From: a virus
Length of the DNA stretch: 42,484 bases
Strand: one strand, 5' to 3'
IMG/VR virus record: IMGVR_UViG_3300045988_021623
Location: 1-42,484 of that record
Shown here piece by piece: positions 20,956 to 28,818 of this stretch (positions are counted from its first letter, which is position 1; each line of letters begins with the position of its first letter). A program made the position numbers and the translations under genes. The notes below the pieces were generated by a model, which saw only the letters and a list, made by a program, of their open reading frames with translations, did not search any database and was not told where the DNA came from.

Positions 20956-21181
20956 GCCCGTCTGCTATTTTTTGATATGCCCGCCTGCGGCAGCGGTTGA
21001 CTGCCTCCGGCGACAGGTGCAGTGCCTCGCACACTTGCGCGTAGCTCTTGCGCCGCACGTCGCACTCGATGATACACGCCGCCTCGTCCGCTGGCAGCTC
21101 AAACGATAAGATATACGCCACAGCCCGTTTCGGGGCCATAGAGGATAATTGCGCGCGGATTGACCTGTGCTGACTGTTCAT
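20936..21181 (-). CDS. Sigma-70 region-4-like small HTH protein
   Basis: Internal ATG at 21181. The sequence LSFELPADEAACIIECDVRRKSYAQVCEALHLSPEAVNRCRRRAYQKI matches the region-4 pattern LP..e......sy.eiae.L.is..tV...r.RA..kL. Confidence 0.5.
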   Translation of the reverse strand: MNSQHRSIRAQLSSMAPKRAVAYILSFELPADEAACIIECDVRRKSYAQVCEALHLSPEAVNRCRRRAYQKIADGQREHRV

Positions 21182-21258
21182 GCCCGTGTAGGGCTTGCAG
21201 AGGCGCTTGCGCGTGGGCTTTCGCCGCCCGCTCCTTCCTGTGCCCGAATCGGGCACCG

Positions 21259-21876
21259 TTATTTTGTCGCTCTCTGGATCATCGTCACGACTTCCTGTCG
21301 CGTGATAAGTCTCTGCGGCGAGCTGCCGTCCGTGATGCCCGCCGCCTTTGCCGCCGCCCAGTCCTTCGCCGCCCACGAAGAAACGGGCTTGGTGCCGAGC
21401 TGCGCCAAATAGGTATCCATCATCTTGTTAAAAGTCACCTGATCCATGTACTCCTCCATTTCCGGCGGGTAGTGCCCCGTCAAAATCGAACTCCCTCCGT
21501 ATCTCCCATGATCGTCCCACTGGAAGTGGGGCTTGTCCGGAAATTTCTTCCAGTCCCCGCCCCACGAAAAGCCGACCTGTTTTCCAATCTGCCCGCAGCG
21601 GGCGAAGAACGACGGATCGTCGTACTCATGCCCCTTGACGTTTTTGCAGATATCAAACGCCAGCCCAGCCTTGACGCTGTGGAACGTCGGCCTTGTCGCG
21701 GTTTTTGCCGCGTAGCCCATGCGCGCAAGATAGCGCTGATACTCGTCGTCCCGCACCGTTTCCGTTACCAGAACCGGAAGCCCCGCCTCCTTGCAGAGGT
21801 CGAGGAAGATGACGCAGTTTCGCCGCACGTCCGCCCGCAGGTCGGCAATGTCCCTACTGTGATACATCGCTGTCAC
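21259..21876 (-). CDS. Endolysin, peptidase M15 (VanY/L-Ala-D-Glu peptidase-like)
   Basis: Contains VTETVRDDEYQRYL, PTFHSVKAGLAFDI and SWGGDWKKFPDKPHFQW. The gene follows the holins. Confidence 0.75.
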   Translation of the reverse strand: MTAMYHSRDIADLRADVRRNCVIFLDLCKEAGLPVLVTETVRDDEYQRYLARMGYAAKTATRPTFHSVKAGLAFDICKNVKGHEYDDPSFFARCGQIGKQVGFSWGGDWKKFPDKPHFQWDDHGRYGGSSILTGHYPPEMEEYMDQVTFNKMMDTYLAQLGTKPVSSWAAKDWAAAKAAGITDGSSPQRLITRQEVVTMIQRATK

Positions 21877-22075
21877 CCTTGCTGTCGATCACGTCCTGCG
21901 CCTTCTGGCTCTGCGTGCCGAAGTAAAATGCGATGATGACCGCATAGATCGTCATGAAGTCCTGCGAAATGTTCCCCGTGACGGCCATGTACGCAAATAC
22001 TCCCGTCAGCACCAGCGTCACGATGCTCTTGACGCTCAAAAGGTTTGCGATACGCTTGATGATTCTTTCGTTCAT
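21854..22075 (-). CDS. Holin candidate (two TM segments)
   Basis: ATG at 22075. Contains SIVTLVLTGVFAYMAV and FMTIYAVIIAFYFG, with a charged C-terminus. Confidence 0.6.
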   Translation of the reverse strand: MNERIIKRIANLLSVKSIVTLVLTGVFAYMAVTGNISQDFMTIYAVIIAFYFGTQSQKAQDVIDSKGDSDVSQ

Positions 22076-22076
22076 G

Positions 22077-22271
22077 TTATTCGTCCTTTCCTTTGATTTT
22101 GATTCCCGCCAGCAGGCCAAGCTCCGCCGTCCATGCGGCGAACCATGCGACCGTCAGGCTGTCCGGCACGGTCTTGTTAAATGCTGTCAGGATCAGCGCC
22201 GCAATGCAGTACCAGCAAAGGTTGAGCACTGCCGCGATGACGTACTTGTCCCGCTTTCTCAGTTTCTTCAT
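22077..22271 (-). CDS. Small membrane protein (holin-associated)
   Basis: ATG at 22271 overlaps the upstream stop (ATGA). Product MKKLRKRDKYVIAAVLNLCWYCIAALILTAF...AWFAAWTAELGLLAGI. Confidence 0.5.
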   Translation of the reverse strand: MKKLRKRDKYVIAAVLNLCWYCIAALILTAFNKTVPDSLTVAWFAAWTAELGLLAGIKIKGKDE

Positions 22272-22570
22272 AAGGCAACACCCGACAGCAGCCACGCGAT
22301 AAACGCGCCCGCCAGCGCCGCGAGAGCCTTGTCGACCAGACCGTCCCACCGCTTCCCTGCCTTTCCAGTGATGGCTTTCACATCCTCTTTGATCTCCTTG
22401 ACATCGCCCTCCACAGTCTCCTGCTTCGTGGCCAGCACTTCGACCGAAGTCGCCAGCCTGTCAAGCGCCGTTTGGTGCTCCTGTAACTCGTTGATTCGGT
22501 GGGTATTGCTTTTGCATCGGCTTTCGATCAGTGCGATCGCCGCGTCATCGTAGTGCTTTGCATTATCCAT
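22268..22570 (-). CDS. XhlA-like lysis-associated membrane protein
   Basis: Coiled-coil N-terminus plus a C-terminal TM segment KALAALAGAFIAWLL. This is the XhlA architecture and the position is next to the holins. Confidence 0.5.
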   Translation of the reverse strand: MDNAKHYDDAAIALIESRCKSNTHRINELQEHQTALDRLATSVEVLATKQETVEGDVKEIKEDVKAITGKAGKRWDGLVDKALAALAGAFIAWLLSGVAL

Positions 22571-22594
22571 ATCCCGCTCCCTTTCTGCGGCGTA

Positions 22595-23368
22595 TTACAC
22601 CGCCTTAAAATAATTCCCCACCAGCTCATGCGGCAGATACTGCAAGACGATCTTCCCGCCCGCGGCCTCGCCCGTGCGCTCACAGAGGTACACCTTGCCG
22701 TCCTCGCTGTCGAGGTAGTACTTGCCATATTCGTACTCCATGCCGCGGCTTGCGGGAATGGGGTCGTCCTGCGTGCCCGCGTGGTCGACGTTGATGATCG
22801 TCCACATGGCAGGGGTGGAGTGCGGCGGCCAGTTCTCTTGCGTGGTGTGGCCCTGACCTTTGTTGACGCGGTAGACGTGCAGTACGCCGCTTTCGTCCGT
22901 ATCGCTGCGGCGGTCGCCGGGCTTGACGGTCTCGCCGATGTGATCCGCCCAGCGCGGGAACAGCTCAACGGCCTTTGCTGCGTCGCTGTCCGACAGGCTC
23001 GTTGCCGCCGCCTCGATCATCGGTCGCAGCTCTGCGGCGCGCGCCATGGTCACGGCCTCGCCCGTGAGGGCGACCACCGCGCCGACGGCGCTCTCCGCCT
23101 CCGTCAGTGGTATTGCCGCGCCCATTTCTTCGTAGCTGCCCACAGGCTCTGTGCCTCTTAGCTCATGCCCCGCAAGGCAAAATACCGTGTCCGACAAGCC
23201 GTGATACTCGTTTCCGGATTCGTCTTTCATCGGCACTGCCATCTTCGCACAGAACCCATCGGCTTCATCATCTGCACACGGTACATAGCTACCGTTTTCG
23301 TGTAGGCGGATGTTGACAACGCTATCAGCGTAACCGACAAAGGCCCCCTCTTTGCTCACTGCATACAT
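22595..23368 (-). CDS. Tail-associated protein with carbohydrate-binding-like C-terminal region
   Basis: LHVYRVNKGQGHTTQENWPPHSTPAMWTII...YEYGKYYLDSEDGKVYLCER resembles CBM5/12-type W/Y motifs. Confidence 0.45.
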   Translation of the reverse strand: MYAVSKEGAFVGYADSVVNIRLHENGSYVPCADDEADGFCAKMAVPMKDESGNEYHGLSDTVFCLAGHELRGTEPVGSYEEMGAAIPLTEAESAVGAVVALTGEAVTMARAAELRPMIEAAATSLSDSDAAKAVELFPRWADHIGETVKPGDRRSDTDESGVLHVYRVNKGQGHTTQENWPPHSTPAMWTIINVDHAGTQDDPIPASRGMEYEYGKYYLDSEDGKVYLCERTGEAAGGKIVLQYLPHELVGNYFKAV

Positions 23369-23727
23369 GGTATCACCCCGAATTTCTCAAAATAGATTTT
23401 CCTCAGCCGTTCCGTGCTGGCTGTTCTCAGTCTGTTCTTCCAGTAATTGTTCCCCGCATCTGGCCATTTCTCATCAGCAAAATCATCGCCGCAGTCGTTT
23501 TTACAATACCACTGGCACAGTGCTGCCAACATTTCTTGACGATATGCACCCTCCGGTGTGTTTGGCCTGAAATGTTCCCATCCGTTTTCAGACGTTGCGG
23601 CGCAAATCTTTCGCCCGTCTGCGGCAAAGAGAAAGCCGTTTCTCTCCGTGACAAGCGTACCGTATCGGAGATTAAATGATCCGTCGATGCCATCGGCCTT
23701 GAATCGCCGATAAACGATATACTCCAT
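23356..23727 (-). CDS. Hypothetical protein
   Basis: ATG at 23727 follows GAGGAGG. Product MEYIVYRRFKADGIDG... Confidence 0.55.
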   Translation of the reverse strand: MEYIVYRRFKADGIDGSFNLRYGTLVTERNGFLFAADGRKICAATSENGWEHFRPNTPEGAYRQEMLAALCQWYCKNDCGDDFADEKWPDAGNNYWKNRLRTASTERLRKIYFEKFGVIPCMQ

Positions 23728-23784
23728 AGTTTGTCCTCCTCGCCGACTATGCTCCCATTGAGGGCGCAAGTCTCGATTTCCGAA

Positions 23785-24915
23785 TTATACGCAAAAGCCG
23801 GGCGCGAAGCCGGAGGAAAAGGGTGCGTAGTTGTAGTAGCTTTCCGCTCCGACACTCACAAGCGCGAAACGGTAGGAGTATTTTGCAGTCGGAGAACGGA
23901 GCCACCAATTAGCAGGGGTACTCGTGTCGTCGTGCTTGTACCTTATTTTGCTATTCCCAGCGGAATAGTAAGCATACTGCGCTTGTATGTGCCTCTCGTT
24001 CGCGTTTGCGTAGGAAATGCTACCGAAAACCTCGAACTCCGATAGGAGGAAAAAGTAATCCGTCGTCGCCGTGACGTTGCTATCCACTGTACTCCCGTCG
24101 CCGGTGTTGTCCGTGTACTTGGTAACGGACTTGAGGACGGCACGGAGCGCCGCCGGAATGACTGCGATAATCGTCCCGGAATAGTTCGAGAGGCTCGTTC
24201 CACAAATGTTTGTGCGCATTTGTGAGCTTTCCCATCCGCCGGAGTTGGTATTCCTACTGTTCATGGAGAAAAAGCCGGTTGTCGAAACGATCGAGTTATA
24301 GGAACTGTCGTGGAAACACACGTCCGTACCACCGGAGAGCGCTGCCTTTGCAAGCTGGAAATGAATGCGGTTTGTGCCCTCGACCATCGCATTATGGTTA
24401 AACCCGATAATGAAAGCATAGGTCGTGACATTCGAGAGCGAGAGATTTCCGACAGTGCCGTTAAGCGTGACCGCCTTTCGGTCGCCGATGCTCCAATAGT
24501 TTGCGCCCTGTCCCGCGTCGGAAACGGACTTGATGGTCGCCCAGTCGTTATTGTTGAGTGTAGAGCTCACGAAAGAGAGCTCCACCGCGTAGCTATCTAC
24601 GACGAAGACGTTTTTTGTCTTGGACGTTTGCCCGCCCATCGTAGCCTTAACGCTCCATGTGCCAGCCTCCGGAACAACAAGCGTGCAAACTCCGTTGACC
24701 GACATACCACTCACGGTATTGCTCCCCTTCGTCGCCGTCACCGCCGCCCCAGAGGGAGTGCTTACCACAATTTTTAACTCCGTCCCTGTGGTGATAGCGT
24801 TGATTGCAGAAACGTATTCATCGGGGTAAGACAGCGCAGCGCTGGTTCCGCCTTTCGTCCTGATTGCGTCTGCGACTTTTCTGAGGTCGACGTCATTCGT
24901 CAAATATTCAGTCAT
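23785..24915 (-). CDS. Tail fibre / receptor-binding protein candidate
   Basis: 376 aa in the distal tail module. C-terminus FLLSEFEVFG...ANWWLRSP...GFAPGFCV. Confidence 0.5.
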   Translation of the reverse strand: MTEYLTNDVDLRKVADAIRTKGGTSAALSYPDEYVSAINAITTGTELKIVVSTPSGAAVTATKGSNTVSGMSVNGVCTLVVPEAGTWSVKATMGGQTSKTKNVFVVDSYAVELSFVSSTLNNNDWATIKSVSDAGQGANYWSIGDRKAVTLNGTVGNLSLSNVTTYAFIIGFNHNAMVEGTNRIHFQLAKAALSGGTDVCFHDSSYNSIVSTTGFFSMNSRNTNSGGWESSQMRTNICGTSLSNYSGTIIAVIPAALRAVLKSVTKYTDNTGDGSTVDSNVTATTDYFFLLSEFEVFGSISYANANERHIQAQYAYYSAGNSKIRYKHDDTSTPANWWLRSPTAKYSYRFALVSVGAESYYNYAPFSSGFAPGFCV

Positions 24916-25988
24916 CAGAAACTCACCCCATTTGCATTATCTATGGTCGCTGCTGCCCACACGCCATTTACCACGCGCAGGAATTTTCCATTGTCTGCAG
25001 CCGTGACAGGAACGTTGACCGCGCTGTCTGCCCTGCTGAGACTCTCCTTGATGCCCGCAGAAACATCGTTGGTCGTCACCGTGTCCTTAAAGGCAAGCCA
25101 GCCGAGGTCTGCGAACCACTTCGCGATTTTGCCAAACAGCACAGAGAGCTTTTCCCCTGTCGCAACGTTTGCGCGGGTGCTCGCCGCAGTGAACGCCGCC
25201 GTGACGTTGCTGCCGTCGCCGGTCTTATCCAGCTTATTGGTGAGGGCCGAGAACACGCCGCCAGACTGCACAGGGTTTGTGCTGCCCTGCGTAGGCGTTG
25301 CGTCAGTAGTTACCTTGACGTCCTTGATAGCATTGTCAACGTATGCAAAGATGTCCTGGTGCTTATTGTTAGGGTCATACACAGACGCCAGCATGTCACC
25401 CGTACCAGCACCGGAAGCGCCTCGGCAATAACCCGCGTCGTAGCTCGTGCCGTCCGAGAGCGTGACGATCATGTGATAGTCACTTTGCCGGATCGTGATG
25501 CCTGTGATGGTAGGCGCATCTGCACCGGGGTTGCCTTGTGGACCAATTTCACCCTGAATACCTTGCTTGCCCTGTTCACCCTGAATACCTTGCTTGCCCT
25601 GTTCACCCTGTTCACCTTTTTCGAGTACAAGGTTCAGAACCTGATTTGGAGCTTCGCCAGTAATGGTCGCACTCGCCACCTTGCCGGACGTGACCGAGCC
25701 GATGGTCAGCACGTTTGCGGCGCCGATCGCGCCGGTTGCGCCGGTGTCGCCCTTGCTGCCCTGCGGAATGCCGAGTGCCAGCGTACCAGTCGCTTTGTCG
25801 TAAGTCGCCGTTGCCGAGCTTCCTGCGGGCAGCGTTGTCACCGTGACCGATACAACGCTCAGCGTGACAAATTTCAGCAGCGTTTCACCATTCAGCTTTT
25901 TTGCCTCGCCGCTCTGCTCAAGCACAAAAAGGTCTTCGTTGGTAATCTGTAACGCTTGGGTGAGGTCGGAAATTGCTTTATCAGCCAT
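24915..25988 (-). CDS. Collagen-like repeat tail fibre protein
   Basis: GEQGEQGKQGIQGEQGKQGIQGEIGPQGNPG Gly-X-Y repeats, encoded by a tandem 27-bp DNA repeat at about 25552-25610. Confidence 0.65.
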   Translation of the reverse strand: MADKAISDLTQALQITNEDLFVLEQSGEAKKLNGETLLKFVTLSVVSVTVTTLPAGSSATATYDKATGTLALGIPQGSKGDTGATGAIGAANVLTIGSVTSGKVASATITGEAPNQVLNLVLEKGEQGEQGKQGIQGEQGKQGIQGEIGPQGNPGADAPTITGITIRQSDYHMIVTLSDGTSYDAGYCRGASGAGTGDMLASVYDPNNKHQDIFAYVDNAIKDVKVTTDATPTQGSTNPVQSGGVFSALTNKLDKTGDGSNVTAAFTAASTRANVATGEKLSVLFGKIAKWFADLGWLAFKDTVTTNDVSAGIKESLSRADSAVNVPVTAADNGKFLRVVNGVWAAATIDNANGVSF

Positions 25989-26187
25989 CAGTTACCTCGC
26001 TTTCCTTCTCGAGCTTCGCTTTGCCCTCTTTGGCGGGCGGCTCGTCCGGCTTGTCCAACTCAGCAAGAGCATTTTCAAGGTGCTGCATTGCGATTGCCAC
26101 GCGCTTAGCGTCCGCGCCCTTGACATAGACGCCGGTAATCATGCTGTAAGCACCATCGATCTGTTTTTTGAGTTTTTCCTTATCCAT
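25981..26187 (-). CDS. Small hypothetical protein
   Basis: The ATG at 26187 is preferred over the TTG at 26196 used by the ORF track. Product MDKEKLKKQIDGAYS... Confidence 0.45.
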   Translation of the reverse strand: MDKEKLKKQIDGAYSMITGVYVKGADAKRVAIAMQHLENALAELDKPDEPPAKEGKAKLEKESEVTDG

Positions 26188-27776
26188 CAAAACCAACTCC
26201 TTTTTTCCAAGGCTTCCACTCTTTTCACGAGCTCCTGGATCATCAACGTGTTTAGGGGGATCAGGCTATCATAGCGAATACCATAGGTGTAGCCTGTGAT
26301 ATTGTGATTTTTGTCTCGCATCGGCATTTTGCACCAACCGGAAAACTCAGACGCAGCAATGCCGTTGTCAGCAAGGCTTTGCTCCATATCCTGCGCGATC
26401 ATACCGATATGGTATCGTCCACTCTGCCCCTCGTTGTATTTGAAGCGGCAAGGCTTGAGATCGAGCAGAAATTGACGATAACGGGATAGATCATAGTCGA
26501 TGCTGTTTTTCACGTTTTTGTCGGAGCTGTAAATGACTGTTCCGTCGGTTGCCCATACCGTTGGGCCAATTTTGGCTGCATCATCGTCTAATTGGAGTCT
26601 CGTCCTGTATGCGCTCGTGATATACACGTTACCGCCGGAATCAAGTTGAATGCCTCCATCATACGTGCTGATGCTGATGCCGTAGCCTGTGGAGGTGTCT
26701 ACCAGCTCGATAGTCCCGATTTCTGTCCTGCGGTTAGCCATAAGAGAGACGGTTCGCCCACGTAATATTTCGGCGGTGATCGAAGTGCTATCGATGTAGG
26801 TATCGATACGATCATCGACCTCTGTTTGGCTCAGCCCTGCATTGTTGTCCACATAGTTCTTAGTTGCGTAATCCGACCCATCAGCAAGGTCTCCAACATA
26901 AATGCCTCCCGCCTGGATTTGGTTTGCCTTGAGCGTTCCCTCGATGTTGACCGCATTGACGTGTAAATCGAGCATGTTTGTGCTCAGTATGGTGCTTCCT
27001 GCCTTGAGGGTAAACGTGCTGCCATCGCCGCCGCTGGACACGCTCAACTCAATTTTATCGATGCTCTGGTCGATAAGGCTCTGTGCCGTATTGCCGTCGA
27101 TTTTCCCGCTGACCTCAGATCGCACGTTGCCAAGCTCCACACGCAACGTAGAAATATCGTTATCCACACCATCAACGCGCAACTCGATTTTGTTTACACT
27201 CTGATCGATCATACTTTGCGCGGTTTTCCCATCGATCTTAGTGGATACGACCGATTGCACGTTGCCAAGGGACACACGCAGAGAGGACACGTCACCATCA
27301 ACCCCATCAATACGGAGATTGATTGCATCGCTCGTCTTGGTGATAGAAGATCGTGTTTCGGCAATTTTCCGGTCAAATTCCTGCTTGATGTAGCCACCGG
27401 AAGGGTATTCATCTTCCATTTCCAATTCCCCGGGAGAGGAAATGTCAGCATAACCACGCCCATCATCGGCAATGCGGGAAAGCGGAGAATACAGACCGCC
27501 GACATTCACGCCGTCTCCAAGCTCCGCAGCGGGGTCAATGTTTGCCGCTCCTGCTTCGTAAGCTTGGTATTGATACCCTTTCATTTTTTGCAGCAGCGCG
27601 TTTACCATTGCCTGTGTTGCGTGCGGGCAGCTCGCGGTAATTTCCATGCCTGTGTCATCGCCAGCGGTCAAACTCTTCTCATCATCGAGTAAAAGAGTCA
27701 CGCGGGAGATAGGTTTGTATCTGCCATTGTCGGCAAAACTGGTCATATCCTGACCAACAAAATATTTTTCAGACAA
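26187..27776 (-). CDS. Tail spike/fibre protein with C-terminal S74 intramolecular-chaperone domain
   Basis: SSDKNVKNSIDYDL...HIGMIAQDMEQSL...YGIRYDSLIPLNTLMIQEL is the peptidase_S74 pattern. There are two tandem repeats of about 45 aa (RIDGVDGDVSSLRVSLGNV... and RVDGVDNDISTLRVELGNV...). Confidence 0.7.
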   Translation of the reverse strand: MSEKYFVGQDMTSFADNGRYKPISRVTLLLDDEKSLTAGDDTGMEITASCPHATQAMVNALLQKMKGYQYQAYEAGAANIDPAAELGDGVNVGGLYSPLSRIADDGRGYADISSPGELEMEDEYPSGGYIKQEFDRKIAETRSSITKTSDAINLRIDGVDGDVSSLRVSLGNVQSVVSTKIDGKTAQSMIDQSVNKIELRVDGVDNDISTLRVELGNVRSEVSGKIDGNTAQSLIDQSIDKIELSVSSGGDGSTFTLKAGSTILSTNMLDLHVNAVNIEGTLKANQIQAGGIYVGDLADGSDYATKNYVDNNAGLSQTEVDDRIDTYIDSTSITAEILRGRTVSLMANRRTEIGTIELVDTSTGYGISISTYDGGIQLDSGGNVYITSAYRTRLQLDDDAAKIGPTVWATDGTVIYSSDKNVKNSIDYDLSRYRQFLLDLKPCRFKYNEGQSGRYHIGMIAQDMEQSLADNGIAASEFSGWCKMPMRDKNHNITGYTYGIRYDSLIPLNTLMIQELVKRVEALEKRSWF

Positions 27777-28446
27777 GGATCCTCACCCCTCCGAATGTGA
27801 TTGCATCGCCGTGCTCGGTGATAAGATAATTGGTTTCGGCTGGCATGGACAAGAGCGGGACAAGAAAAAGTTCCCCTGCGTCTGTAATAATCCAGTTGCC
27901 GCCGTGCGCCGCAGCGATAAAGCATAGCTCGTTGCGGATCGTGTAATCGTTCGATGGATAGTCGATGGTATACGCGCTATTCAGCACTGTCCGCTTGTCC
28001 AGTTTCACCCCCATCATCTGGCAAAACAGGTTCACAGCGGTAGGCATAGACATCGGGAATGTCAACGACTGAGCCGGTTCCCACACAACATCTGCTTTTC
28101 GCATTGCGTCGTACGCTTCAATTTCCCAATAGTCACCGTCTCGGGAACGTTTATTGGTGAAAAACGTCCCCTTTGGGATCCATGCGGTCGCCTGAGTGCC
28201 GTTTACCAGTCTGAGATAGCGATTGATCGTCGCACCGCGCGGGATATTGTCCGCAACGACTGCGAGCTTCAGCGTCGCGCAGCAGGCATTGCCGATGCCA
28301 AACGCTTCAAACAGCTGGGATTCTACGGAGTGTGAAACTTCTGCATTCTTCCCGTACTCCACGTCGTTGATGACAAATTTGTATTCACGTTCCGTTCCGG
28401 GCTTGTGGAGCAAATCATGCCACAGTGCGCTTGTTTTCTGCCCCAT
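27769..28446 (-). CDS. Tail tip/baseplate protein
   Basis: 225-aa ORF between the distal-tail-like gene and the tail spike gene. Confidence 0.45.
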   Translation of the reverse strand: MGQKTSALWHDLLHKPGTEREYKFVINDVEYGKNAEVSHSVESQLFEAFGIGNACCATLKLAVVADNIPRGATINRYLRLVNGTQATAWIPKGTFFTNKRSRDGDYWEIEAYDAMRKADVVWEPAQSLTFPMSMPTAVNLFCQMMGVKLDKRTVLNSAYTIDYPSNDYTIRNELCFIAAAHGGNWIITDAGELFLVPLLSMPAETNYLITEHGDAITFGGVRILV

Positions 28447-28447
28447 G

Positions 28448-28807
28448 TCACACCTCGATCAGGTTAAACGTCGCGCCGCCCCACACCTCATTATCGCCTG
28501 CCGCTTCCTCAAGCGTGCATTCCATCGACGAGCAGTAAAACGTGCTTGTTCTTACGCCATGCAGGTCAAGGTATTGGACGGTGCAGGTGGTTTTATTGAG
28601 ATCATCATCAAGCTTCGCCAGCACCTCGCGTTTGACGGAGCGCGTTGTATAGCTCAGTTTCCGCTTGGTGGTGATCTTGTCGCGCCGCATTTTGCCGTCT
28701 TTGGTGCGAGTGGTCTTATCGCTGTCAAGGTCGTTTCTGCTCCACCCGTAGCCTTTAGTTGCGATTGCGGACGAGTAGTCCGTGCCGTTGATAATAAGGA
28801 CTTCCAT
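28448..28807 (-). CDS. Distal tail protein-like
   Basis: First ORF after the tape measure gene; 119 aa. Confidence 0.4.
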   Translation of the reverse strand: MEVLIINGTDYSSAIATKGYGWSRNDLDSDKTTRTKDGKMRRDKITTKRKLSYTTRSVKREVLAKLDDDLNKTTCTVQYLDLHGVRTSTFYCSSMECTLEEAAGDNEVWGGATFNLIEV

Positions 28808-28818
28808 GTTGCCCCTCC

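Noticed and set aside
20209-21077. Minus-strand ORFs 20209..20691 and 20511..21077
   Set aside because: They are antisense to four RBS-preceded plus-strand genes and cross the bidirectional terminator.
24915-25988. Diversity-generating retroelement targeting the tail fibre
   Set aside because: The genome encodes no reverse transcriptase and has no template/variable repeat pair. The internal DNA repeat simply encodes collagen-like Gly-X-Y units.
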